Assembly: GCA_963846895.1 (NCBI GenBank) | Contig: CAWJXR010000002.1 | Coordinates: 11,889 to 75,888 of the forward strand | Length of the DNA stretch: 64,000 nt | Direction: 5' to 3' | DNA from: an uncultured Thermoleophilia bacterium | Lineage (GTDB): Bacteria; Actinomycetota; Thermoleophilia; Gaiellales; Gaiellaceae | In this document: piece by piece, positions 17,200 to 26,586 of the stretch | Position numbering within the stretch: position 1 is the stretch's first letter | Layout of the letters: each line of letters starts with the position of its first letter | Notes under the pieces: generated by a model | Told to the model about the DNA's origin: nothing | Databases searched by the model: none | What the model saw: only the letters and a program-made list of their open reading frames with translations | Made by a program: the position numbers and the translations under genes

Positions 17200-18223
17200 C
17201 CGGCTCCGACTCGGGCTTCGCCGCATACATCGCTCGGTCCGCCTCGCGGAGCAGGTGCTCCGCCGTCGGCGACAGGAGAGCGTCGGTCCCGGCGACGCCG
17301 ATGCTCGCCTTCTGACGGACCTCGCCGCCTGGAACGGCGACCACCAGCGCCTCGATCGCCGCGCGAGCCAGCTCGCCGGCCACGGAGGCAGCGGCGACGC
17401 CGACATCGCGCAGGATCACGGCGAACTCGTCTCCGCCGATCCGGCAGACGGCGCCGACACCCTCGGCCGCCAGCTCCAGCGTTCGTGCCACTGCAATCAG
17501 GACGTCGTCTCCGGTGACGTGCCCGTGCCGGTCGTTGACGCTCTTGAAGTCGTCGAGGTCGAGGAGCACCAGTGCGACAGGAGACGCCGGTGCAGCCTCG
17601 AGAGCGTCTGCCAGCAGCGCATTGAACCCCCGCCGGTTGAGCAGCCCGGTCAGCTCGTCGCGCCGCCCGAGCTCTCGCAGCTCCTCGCGCGTGCGCGCGT
17701 TCTCGATCGCGATCGTGGCCGCGTCGGCGAAGCGCTGAGCGAGCTCGAAGTCGAAGTCCGAGAACCGCGCTCGCTCACCCTCGCGGTAGAGGCTCATGGC
17801 GCCGATCACGACGCCTCGCGCGACGAGCGGAACGGAGATGATCGCCTCCGGCTCGCCGATCGGAGTCCCCGCGACGTGGCCGGCCCGCGGATCGAGGTGC
17901 GCCTCGTTGCAGAGGATCGGCCGTCCGCGCGCGGCTGCGAGGCCGATCAGGCCCTCTCCGAAGGGCAGCTTCGACCCGAGGAAGCCTTCAGGCCAGCCGC
18001 CCTCGGCGACGATCGGGACGAGCACGCGCTGGTCGGTCTGGGCCTCGGCGATCAGGATGCTCGCGACCGGGATGAGGTGGCGCACGGTCTTGACCAGGCG
18101 TTCGAGCACCTGGTCGAGCCCTTCACGCGACAGAACGTCGTGGTAGATCTCGGCGAGCTGCCGGTACGACGAGGCAACACGCTCACCACGCTCGGAGGCC
18201 GCAGTTTTCCGAACGTTTGACAT
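17165..18223 (-). CDS. GAF domain-containing diguanylate cyclase (GGDEF)
   Basis: N-terminal GAF domain. C-terminal GGDEF domain with an intact active site (RIGGDEFAVIL) and the DLDDFKSVND metal site. Confidence 0.85.
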   Translation of the reverse strand: MSNVRKTAASERGERVASSYRQLAEIYHDVLSREGLDQVLERLVKTVRHLIPVASILIAEAQTDQRVLVPIVAEGGWPEGFLGSKLPFGEGLIGLAAARGRPILCNEAHLDPRAGHVAGTPIGEPEAIISVPLVARGVVIGAMSLYREGERARFSDFDFELAQRFADAATIAIENARTREELRELGRRDELTGLLNRRGFNALLADALEAAPASPVALVLLDLDDFKSVNDRHGHVTGDDVLIAVARTLELAAEGVGAVCRIGGDEFAVILRDVGVAAASVAGELARAAIEALVVAVPGGEVRQKASIGVAGTDALLSPTAEHLLREADRAMYAAKPESEPVRLRLVAESSA

Positions 18224-18247
18224 ACGCCTTCCCGATGATCTCCCGCG

Positions 18248-19109
18248 CTAGGCGGTAGGGCCTCCCCCATTCGAGTGATCGTCGAGCCGGCCGACATCAT
18301 TCAGCAGCAAAGTGCGAAGAGCGGCTTGGAGATGGAGCTGCACCTCGACCGTCACGGCGCGTTGCTTCGCGAGCTCGGCCTCGAGGCGCTCGACGCGGTT
18401 TCGGAACCAGTCGAGGTCGTCGGAGCCGGAGTCGTGGGGCATGGGCTGCGTCGCCTCGACGCGGAACGGGGCCGGCTCGTAGCTCGCGGCCTGGTCCGAC
18501 GCCTCATAGCTCACGGCCTGGTCCGACGCCTCGTAGCTCGCGGCCTGGTCCGACGCCTCATAGCTCACGACCTGGTCGGCCGGCTCGGGCTGCTCGGGCT
18601 CGTAGACCGGCGGTGGCACCAGATCGAGCGGCGGCAGAGGGGCGACGACCGGGGGACCGATGTCTTCAGGCGACTCGCTCACCGCACCACGGCTCGTGAG
18701 CAGCTGGCTGCTGAGCCCGGCGTCGAGCGCCGAGCGCGGGACAACGACGACGACCGTGTCCTCGCCGATCACCTCGCGCAGGGCTGCGAGACGTTCGTTC
18801 CGTCGGCTCGGCAACCGCGACGACGACCCGGCCGTCCTGCACGCGGGTCGGCATCGCCTCGAGGCGCTGCGCGTCCTCGCGCGAGAGGCGGGCGAGAGCA
18901 TCGCCGTCGAACCAGATCGAGGCGCGATCGACATAGCTCAGGCTCCACTGCTCGGCGAGCACCTTCGCGATCTCGTCTTCGGAGAGCAGCCCGCGGCGCA
19001 CGACGATCTCGCCGAGGCGCTCGCCGGTCTGGCCGCCCTCGAACAGCGCGTCGTCGACCTGCGCCTCGGTCAGCAGCCCTTCGGCCACGAGCAGGCGTCC
19101 GAGCGGCAC
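18248..19109 (-). pseudogene. stand-alone MshEN (T2SSE_N) c-di-GMP receptor-domain protein with a C-terminal repeat and coiled coil; one frameshift
   Basis: ORFs 18666..19109 and 18248..18934 join at about 18800 after removal of one base (AEPT|NERLAALREVIG). The tandem 24-aa MshEN motifs are present, the second one matching the published pattern exactly: RLGEIVVRRGLLSEDEIAKVLAEQ. Confidence 0.7.
18477..18584 (-). repeat. 4 x 27-bp tandem coding repeat (SYEASDQA[A/V])
   Basis: Units at 18477-18503, 18504-18530, 18531-18557 and 18558-18584. Units 1 and 3 are identical, unit 2 differs from them at two positions, and unit 4 is more diverged. Confidence 0.85.
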
Positions 19110-19225
19110 GCGGCGGTACGCCCTCAGGGGTCGGCGAGCCGTCAGCGACGTCTTCGTCCGGTACGGGATGCAAGGTCGGATTCGCCATTCAGCCCTGTCC
19201 AGACACTTGTCGGCCGGAAAGCGGC

Positions 19226-20824
19226 TTAGCTTGAGCGTCCCTTGCGAGCGGCGATCCCGACGGCGGCCGACGCCGCGGCCAGGAGCCCGAGCGCGGCGGC
19301 AACGGCGCCCCAGCCATCGCCCCCAGAGCCACCGGTCTGGATCAATTGGGCCGGCGCAGCCTCCCGCTTCGCGGCCCGATCCGCCTCGAGAGCGGCGGGC
19401 CGGGCCGGGCGCTCGAGCGGCCTGATCGCCAGCAGCCGCCTGAAGTCCGAAAGCGCACCCTGCCCGCGTCCGGCGGAGCTCGGCAGCCGGACCGGCGGGG
19501 GCGCCTGCACCCGGTCGAGCCGCTGCCAGCGCGCCAGGTAGGTCGTCGGATCGACCGCCCCGTCGTACCCGAGGTACAGCAAGCCGTTCGGATGAACCTC
19601 GAAATGCAGGTGAGGCTCCGTCGTGAAGGCGTCGCCCGTGTTGCCGACGAATCCCAGCACCTCGCCCCGGTGGACGCGATGGTTGTTGCGCGCAAGCGCC
19701 GTGTAGCCGGAGAAGTGCGCGTAGTAGAACGAGTCGCCGCTGTCGGTGCGCAGCCAGAGACGCCAGCCTCCGACGCGATTCCAGCCGACAGCGAAGACGG
19801 TTCCGTCGGCGGCGGCGACCACGGGCGTCCCGAGGTCGGCGAACAGATCGTCACCGTGGTGCCAGCCGCCGGGCACGTCGCTTCGCTCCCCTCCGTACGT
19901 GTCGCCCCAGGCGACGCGCCCGCTGACCGGGAAGTCGTACGTGCCGGGCGCGAGCGGCGGGGTTGCGCGCAGGGGTGCGCCCGTCGGGTGGTAGCCGCGC
20001 GGCCTGGGCTTCGGCTTGGGTTTGGGCTTGGCGGCCTTCGGCGCCGCGGGAGTGGGTGCCGGAGTGCTGGTCGTCTCGGTCGTCGTCGTCGCCGCCTGCG
20101 TCGTCGCCGTCGTGGACGCGGGGGGCGGGAGCTTCGGCTTCGGCGTCGGCTTCGGCGGCGCGGGTGGCGCCGCCGCCGGCTGCGGCGGAGCGCCCGGACG
20201 CTTGCCCGCGCTCGCCCAGCCGATCAACAGCGTCGTTCCGGCCGCGAGCCCGGCGTGGGCTCGAACGAGGCGGAGCGCGAGAGCGGCGCGCCACCAGCGA
20301 AGCGGCTCGCCCGGGCCGGCGTCGACGCTTACCTGCGCCTGCAGGACGCCCCAGTCGCCGACCGCTACCTCTTGCCCGACGGGAGCCGCGGCCGACGTGC
20401 CGTTCAGCTCGAGGCCGTCGTGCCGTGCGCGCAGGTGCCAACCGGATCCGTCGCCCGCGACCGGGACGAGGTCGACGTCGAGCGCGTCCCCGCGAACCGC
20501 GCCGCCGAGCACGCTCCAGGCACCGGTCTGCGCCGCGGTCCCCCCGGGCGAGCCTGCCGGTCCGACGCACCCGGCCACGCCGAGCTCGACGTGGCCGAGC
20601 TTCAGGCCGGTCGCCTGATCGCCGGCCCCGTCTGAGGTCGTGCTCTCGCGGTCGGCAGCGGCAAGCGTCGGCCCGACGATGGCCGGCACCGCCTGCCCGG
20701 GGGCAAGCGTGGCGAGAACGCCGGTCGCGACGCAGGGTGCGGGCGGTGCCGCGACTCCCTGGGCAACAGCGACGAGCGCGGTTGCAGCGCAGGCGGCAAG
20801 GCAGAGAGCCGGCCGACGAGCCAT
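19226..20824 (-). CDS. secreted M23 family metallopeptidase with Pro/Thr/Lys-rich linker and C-terminal hydrophobic anchor
   Basis: Signal peptide. M23 motifs HHGDD and HLHFEVH. Linker PAPPKPTPKPKLPPP...KPKPKPKPRP. C-terminal TM WGAVAAALGLLAAASAAVGIAARKGRSS. Confidence 0.85.
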   Translation of the reverse strand: MARRPALCLAACAATALVAVAQGVAAPPAPCVATGVLATLAPGQAVPAIVGPTLAAADRESTTSDGAGDQATGLKLGHVELGVAGCVGPAGSPGGTAAQTGAWSVLGGAVRGDALDVDLVPVAGDGSGWHLRARHDGLELNGTSAAAPVGQEVAVGDWGVLQAQVSVDAGPGEPLRWWRAALALRLVRAHAGLAAGTTLLIGWASAGKRPGAPPQPAAAPPAPPKPTPKPKLPPPASTTATTQAATTTTETTSTPAPTPAAPKAAKPKPKPKPRPRGYHPTGAPLRATPPLAPGTYDFPVSGRVAWGDTYGGERSDVPGGWHHGDDLFADLGTPVVAAADGTVFAVGWNRVGGWRLWLRTDSGDSFYYAHFSGYTALARNNHRVHRGEVLGFVGNTGDAFTTEPHLHFEVHPNGLLYLGYDGAVDPTTYLARWQRLDRVQAPPPVRLPSSAGRGQGALSDFRRLLAIRPLERPARPAALEADRAAKREAAPAQLIQTGGSGGDGWGAVAAALGLLAAASAAVGIAARKGRSS

Positions 20825-21111
20825 CGTTTCAGGGTAACGGAGCTATCCCGCACCCGACTCAAGCCCCCGGACGAGGGAGGCGCTCTGCTCTGGAGGGAGC
20901 AGGGTGTCGCGGTTCGTTGCGTTCTGCGCCGGTTTCGCTGCCTCTGGGGACGGGCGAGGAGCGTGAGGCTGTGATCGCGGGTTTGCGCCGGTTGCGGATG
21001 GTTGTCGCGGAGATGGTGAGACGCACGGGATGACGGTCTCGACGGTCTCGGGGAGCGTGACTCGGGTCGGGCTGGGCAAGCGCTGGCGTGTGCCGCTCGA
21101 GGTTGCCACCG

Positions 21112-21885
21112 CTACGAGAAGTGGCGGCCGGTCGAGCTCGTCCGAGTCGTGTGAAGATGCTCGGCAGATCGCGCTGTCCGGCGATCGCGTTGCCGGTCGA
21201 GTCTGAGCGTGCCGGCCGAGGACATCGGCGCCGCCGCTGAGCCCACCTGGATGTTGCCGACGGCGCTGTACTGGCCGCCGACGTAGAGCGAATAGGTATT
21301 TGCCGCGGACGGGGTGATCATCGTGTTCCCGGTGATGCAGAGGTCATTGGCGACCCAGATGTTCGAGTTGATCGTCGAGTTGCCGGTGACGTTCGTGCAC
21401 CCGGAGGTCCCGGAGACGAAGAGGCCGTCGCCGTACACGTTCGAGGCATCGACGGTCGTCGTCGACGCGGTGTACAGCACCTTTTGCTGAACCTGGCGCG
21501 TCACCTTCCCGTTCGGCGATGTACCGGTCGCGGTGATCGTCCAGGTCGAGCCCGACTTGGCCAGCGAATACGAGACCTTCCCACCGTCCACGGAGACGTT
21601 GTTATAGGGACCCGGCGGTGTCGAGACGAGGTTGCTCGGATCCTGCTGCGCGACTACCCCGAGGCCGTTGTTCAGCCCTGCCTCGGCAATGTTCAGCGAC
21701 CGGTCAGTCTGACGGTCGCGCCCGAACGCCGACTCGTTCGACGTCATGTTCGATGCGATCGCCGCAATCGAAATCGTCAGCGCACTCGTCAGGACAAGGG
21801 CGATGATGAGCGATTGCCCGGATTCGCCGGCGGCGCGCCTCGCAGCGCGGCATAGCGCCCTATGCAGGGAGGAGGAATTCATCAT
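21112..21885 (-). CDS. PilX/TadG-like pilus assembly protein (paralog of 38924..40662); C-terminus looks truncated or out of frame
   Basis: N-terminus GESGQSLIIALVLTSALTISIAA. Aligns by eye with the 39-40 kb protein (TATGTSPNGKVTRQVQQKV versus TSTTHSPNGKATRVLQEQL). The last ~40 aa are Arg-rich. Confidence 0.5.
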   Translation of the reverse strand: MMNSSSLHRALCRAARRAAGESGQSLIIALVLTSALTISIAAIASNMTSNESAFGRDRQTDRSLNIAEAGLNNGLGVVAQQDPSNLVSTPPGPYNNVSVDGGKVSYSLAKSGSTWTITATGTSPNGKVTRQVQQKVLYTASTTTVDASNVYGDGLFVSGTSGCTNVTGNSTINSNIWVANDLCITGNTMITPSAANTYSLYVGGQYSAVGNIQVGSAAAPMSSAGTLRLDRQRDRRTARSAEHLHTTRTSSTGRHFS

Positions 21886-21997
21886 GGCCGCAGGAAGTCT
21901 CGTTCAGTTCTACACGCCAATTATCGACACGAGCCAGGTGGCTGCAATACCGCTAATGGGGGATAGGTTCACGCACGCAGCCGTCGATCCTTCACGC

Positions 21998-22534
21998 ATG
22001 CGGCAGCTTCAGAGCGCCCTCGAACGCTGCTATCGCAGGCTGGCCCCAACCGACGGCTACACGCTGATCGAGTTGATCATCGTGATGGCACTGCTCCTGA
22101 TCGTGATCGGCGTCCTGACAGACGGCTTCGCCTCCGCGACGAAAGCCGAGACCGACCAGACAAGCCGCGCGATCGATCAGGAAGCCGCCCGCCAAACCCT
22201 AGAGCGAATCACCAAAGACATCCACTGCGCACGCAGCGACAAAGCAGAACGCCTCATCGCACCGTCAGCGGCACCTGGAGCCGCAAACGCAATCTTCCAA
22301 AACACCGACGAACGTCGACGCGACCTCACGCGGCTGGATCGCCGTCAACATCGAGTCAACCGCATCCGACAGACCTGGCCGCCACACCCCAGTCGAGCCT
22401 CCGAAGACAACGCCTCTACCAGCAACGTCCTGGGTCCGACACCTGCAACAGCCGACGATGGTCGCGGCGATCACGCCGATCAGCAGCGCCGCACCGGCGC
22501 CGATGGCGGCGATTCGCAGCTCGCGCTCACGTGA
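21998..22534 (+). pseudogene. truncated prepilin-type pseudopilin remnant (paralog of the N-terminus of 36640..38837)
   Basis: ATG 21998. Prepilin motif TDG|YTLIELIIVMALLLIV, and ARQTLERITKDIHCA matches ARQALTKMRDDLHCS. Beyond about 22250 the frame is low-complexity and overlaps a plausible antisense gene. Confidence 0.35.
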
Positions 22535-23065
22535 CCCGAGGGGAACGCCGGCCCGCCAGAGCAGCCGGCTCGGCACGGCGGCCGCCGCCCCGAGAATCAG
22601 ACCCAGCACGACGACGATCCAGACCCCGGTGCTCTGGGGCTGGCTCGTAGCGACAGGCGCGCTCGCGACCTCCCTCACCGCGGGCTTGGGCTTCTTCGCC
22701 GCAGCGGCTGCCTTCGCCTTCAGTGCCGCCGCCTTGCGCGCCTTCGCCAGCTGGGCGGCAGTGCGCTTCGGCCGCGGCTTGACGAGGAAGAGCGCCTTGG
22801 GGTGAGTCTTGGCCCACTGGGCGTATGAGGCGCCGTGCAGACCGAGCCACGCCTTCAACTGGGCGCGATTCGAGAAGATTCCGTCCCCCCAGACGAGCGA
22901 GCCGCGCTGGCCGGGCGGCGGCGCCGTCTTCAGGTCGTACGGGCTGATGGCCCCGTAGATCGCGATCCCGGCGATGATCACGAACGCGGTCGCAAGCGGG
23001 ACGAAGACCCACGGAGAAGTCTGACGCTTCTTTCGAGGCGCACGTACTGCCATTACCCCAGCCAT
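22265..23065 (-). CDS. membrane protein, hypothetical (Lys/Ala-rich linker)
   Basis: ORF 22265..23344 trimmed to ATG 23065. TM segments WVFVPLATAFVIIAGIAIYG, VWIVVVLGLILGAAAAV and AAIGAGAALLIGVIAATIV. Confidence 0.45.
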   Translation of the reverse strand: MAGVMAVRAPRKKRQTSPWVFVPLATAFVIIAGIAIYGAISPYDLKTAPPPGQRGSLVWGDGIFSNRAQLKAWLGLHGASYAQWAKTHPKALFLVKPRPKRTAAQLAKARKAAALKAKAAAAAKKPKPAVREVASAPVATSQPQSTGVWIVVVLGLILGAAAAVPSRLLWRAGVPLGSRERELRIAAIGAGAALLIGVIAATIVGCCRCRTQDVAGRGVVFGGSTGVWRPGLSDAVDSMLTAIQPREVASTFVGVLEDCVCGSRCR

Positions 23066-23121
23066 GCTCGAATGATTGCTACTCGAAGCTGCCTTTTCAA
23101 CTCCGCCGTCAAGAATCCCGC

Positions 23122-25134
23122 TCAGCGCCCGGGACGGATCGTGAATGCGACCACCTGCGCCGAGACCGTCCGGTGATGGAGCGCGATCGGAAGGCCGCCG
23201 ATCAGGCTCACGCGGCATCTGAGCTTCGAGGAGCCCGGGACCGCGATCCGGACCGGGGCCGCACTGCCGGTCGCACGGACCCGCACGCGAAGACCGCCGC
23301 AGTCGAAGAGCAGCGTCTGGTGGCCGGACGGGCTCCGGATCCAAAGGGTGACGACCTGTGGGCGTCGTCCGGACGCGGCGACCAACGTGCTGACGGTCTG
23401 GAGGTAGCGGTCATCGCGGTTGAGGCCGAACAGAATCGCAACCGGCGCTCCTGCCGGCAGGTGACCGGGCTTCAGGCCCGGCGGGGGCGTCGCAACCGAG
23501 GTGTCCGCGTCGACGACCAGTGCGCCGTCGACCGCCTTGCCGGTCGGACCGATCAGCCGTCCTGACGGTGCCAGTCGAACCTGGGTCGCGACATATCCGT
23601 CGGCAGCGTGCTTGCCGCCGAGAACGAGGACGCGCGTCACGTGCGGATTCCAGAAGAGCGTCTCCATGAGGAGGAAGCGGTTCGTCGCGGGCGTCGTCAC
23701 GATCCCGGCGCCTGATCCGACCTCGAACCTCGGCAGGCGCGTGCACGGATGCTCCGAGCTGGAACCCGAGCGACGTCCCGAAGCCGAGGAGCTCTCGTGT
23801 GCCCGCAGCGCCGATCGCCACCATGCAGACGATCGCGGTCGCGATCGTCACGCGTGAGCTCACGACACGAAGGCCGGTCACCACGGCGAGTGCCGTGAGG
23901 ACGAGGCCCCAGACGATCGGCGCCGCTCTTCCTCCACCCGCGAGCCAGCGCAGACCCAGGAGCGTCGGCGACTCGTCGGTGGCGGCGGTCTGCAGCGCAC
24001 GCCCCAGCGGGAGCAGGATCGCCGCGGCGGCCAACGCGTAGGCGGTCGCCCGGTAGAGGGTGCCGCGATCGAGCTGCTCGACCGACCACAGGAATGCTGC
24101 CGCGAGCAACGGGACGCAGTAGAACGCGTACCGCTCGTGCGCTCGATCCTCGGCGGCCCCGAAGAAGGCCGCCTGCGCCAGCAACCCGACCACGAAGCAG
24201 ACCGAGAGCACGGCGAACGCACGGGAGCGTGGGTCGCTCGAGCGAACGAGCGCGGCAAGCCCGCACACCGCGCCGGGAACCACGACCCAGCCCGCGGAGA
24301 TCGCCAGCACGAAGGCGTTCAGCCCGAACCACTGCACCGAGCCTTCGGCCCGGAATGGATACGTCGTGATCCCCGCGTAGACGCCGACCGCGCCGGTCCC
24401 TGCGAGCAGCAACACGACGCCCCCGATCGTCGAGGCCGCCACGACGATCGGCTGCCGGCGGAACAGCACGCCGACCGATCCGGCGCAGACCAGGGCAGCC
24501 GCGAGGTAGATCGGCAGGAAGGCGACGAATTGCACGCGGATCAGGACGAGGGCCAACATCAGGGCCAGGACCGCGACCTGTCGCAGGCGCGTCGGGCTCG
24601 CAATCGCGTGCACCGCGACGACGGTCGCGGCGAGAAACACGGGATAGGCGTACGGCTCCGTCAGGAGCGTCGTCGTGAAGGCGACATCCGGGACCAGCAC
24701 CGAAAGCACCGCCACGACGAGACTGCCGCGCGTGCTCACGCCGATCGCGCGCGCGATGAAGTAGGCAGGAACCGCGGCTGCGGAGAACCAGAGCGCGCCC
24801 CAGCCGAGCGCGACGTGGTACGCGACGTCGACCGAATGAATCAGCCAGGCCGGCGCAACCAGGTACGGGCCGAGCACCGCCGGGAAATGGGCGGACGCTC
24901 CTCGCACCTGGGGAATGCCGCTCGAGGCGATCGAGCGCTCGAGCGATGCGTAGAGGTATTCGTCGGGGTAGTAGAGCGGCGTCGTCCGGCGAGTCGCAAC
25001 GAGCACGCGAACGATCGCGCTCAGCGCGACGATGCAGAACAGCCAGGCCGCGATGTGCGCGTTCGTCTGCCGGGCAGACGACCGCGCCCTGAGCAGGCGC
25101 GGCAGTGTTCCTCCCGATTGTGATCGAGTTCCAC
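23122..25134 (-). pseudogene. GT-C-fold-like polytopic membrane protein (putative glycosyltransferase), paralog 1; frameshifted
   Basis: ORFs 23411..25006 and 23122..23700 join at about 23740. TM1 (AHIAAWLFCIVALSAIV) is open upstream of 25006 with no in-frame start, so another indel near 25110 is likely. Loop-1 motif YPDEYLY. Paralog of 42444..44494. Confidence 0.55.
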
Positions 25135-25362
25135 TCTGCCACCTCGCGAGGCCGCTCTGGTGCTGAGTTTCTGGGAGGCGTGATCATCCGGCGTCCAAGT
25201 CGTCTCCGGGAACATCGGCCGCGGCACAGGAACAACTTGAGAACAGTGCGAGCAGCGCATAGTCGCAGGGATTCCGGCGCGGATTGCCCCAGGTAGGTCT
25301 CGGGCAGAGTCTGTTCGGAGCCGGCGAGCTCTTGTTTCGCGTGAGCTCGGCTCGGCGTGCCT

Positions 25363-26574
25363 CTACTTGATCAGCGTCAGCAGTTTGAACATCGGGAGGT
25401 ACATGGAGATGACGATCGTCCCGACCATCACGCCGACGCCGATCATCAGGATCGGCTCGATGATGGACGTCAGCGATTGGATGCTCGCGTCGACCTCGTC
25501 CTCGTAGAAGTCGGCGATCTTGCTGAGCATCTTGTCGAGCTCTCCTGTCTCCTCCCCGATCTTCACCATCTGGCTGACCATCGGCGGGAAGACCGGGTCC
25601 TCGGCCAGCGGCACGCTGATGGGAACGCCTTCGTGCACGCGCTCTCGCGTCTTGGCGAGTGCGTCCTCGATCACGTAGTTCCCGGCAGTCCCGCCGGTGA
25701 TCTCGAGCGCAGTGATGATGTCGACGCCTGCGGCGACGAGTGTGGCGAGCGTGCGCGAGAAGCGCGCGAGCGCGATCTTCTGGACGACGTCGCCGATCTT
25801 CATCGGAATCCTGAGCTTGATGCGGTCCCACCGCTGACGCCCCTGCTCCGTCTTCATGAGCCGCCGAATGCCGTAGATCGCGAGCCCTATGGCCGGGAAG
25901 ATCAGGAACCACCAGGCGCGGAGGGTGTTCGAGGCGTCCATGACGATGCGCGTCGGCGTCGGCAGCTGCCCGTTCAGCTCGTCGAAGACCTTGACGAACA
26001 CGGGAACGATGAAGAGCAGCATGAAGATCAACACCAGCGTCGCGAACGAGATGACGACGATCGGGTAGACCATCGCGCTCTTGACGCGCCGCTTCAGCGC
26101 CGTCTCCTTCTCGATCTGCATCGCGATCCGGTCGAGCACCGTGTCGAGTGTTCCCGAGGACTCCCCCGCCTCGACCATGGCGACGAACAGGCGGCTGAAG
26201 ACCTTCGGGTGGCGTGCCAGCGCTCTCGAGAGCACGACGCCGGACTCGACGTCGGAGCGCACGTCGATGATCACCTCGCGGAGGTACTTGTCGTCGGTCT
26301 GCTCCTCGAGCGTGACGAGGGCGGCGACGACGCTGACGCCCGCCTCGATCATCGTCGCCAGCTGGCGCGAGAAGATCTGGAGCGACTTCGGCTTGACTTT
26401 CTTGAAGACCGTCCGCGCGCTCTCTTCGCCTGCGGCCGCCTTCTCTCGGAGCGACTGCGGGAGGAGCCCACGCTGCTGGAGCTGGTCGCGGGCGCTGCTC
26501 AGATCGGGCGCGTGGACGATGCCCGACATCTCGAGCCCCTGGGCGTTGATCGCGTCATAGGTGAAGACGGCCAT
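25363..26574 (-). CDS. pilC: type IV pilus platform protein PilC (GspF family)
   Basis: 403 aa. Two T2SSF repeats (SRQLATMIEAGVS... and SRTLATLVAAGVDI...) and three TM segments. Confidence 0.9.
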   Translation of the reverse strand: MAVFTYDAINAQGLEMSGIVHAPDLSSARDQLQQRGLLPQSLREKAAAGEESARTVFKKVKPKSLQIFSRQLATMIEAGVSVVAALVTLEEQTDDKYLREVIIDVRSDVESGVVLSRALARHPKVFSRLFVAMVEAGESSGTLDTVLDRIAMQIEKETALKRRVKSAMVYPIVVISFATLVLIFMLLFIVPVFVKVFDELNGQLPTPTRIVMDASNTLRAWWFLIFPAIGLAIYGIRRLMKTEQGRQRWDRIKLRIPMKIGDVVQKIALARFSRTLATLVAAGVDIITALEITGGTAGNYVIEDALAKTRERVHEGVPISVPLAEDPVFPPMVSQMVKIGEETGELDKMLSKIADFYEDEVDASIQSLTSIIEPILMIGVGVMVGTIVISMYLPMFKLLTLIK

Positions 26575-26586
26575 GGTTCGTTCCTG

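Noticed and set aside
18477-18584. Tandem repeats considered as a possible CRISPR array; the repeats at 291-377, 49343-49426 and 62324-62344 were considered too.
   Set aside because: The units are contiguous with no spacers, or there are only two copies. They lie in coding or promoter contexts, and there are no cas genes in the window.
20825-21111. Roughly 290-bp gap and ORF 20843..21109 (-) between the M23 gene and the PilX-like paralog.
   Set aside because: The ORF is Pro/Ser/Arg-rich with no start context. No RNA motif was recognised, so it is left unannotated.
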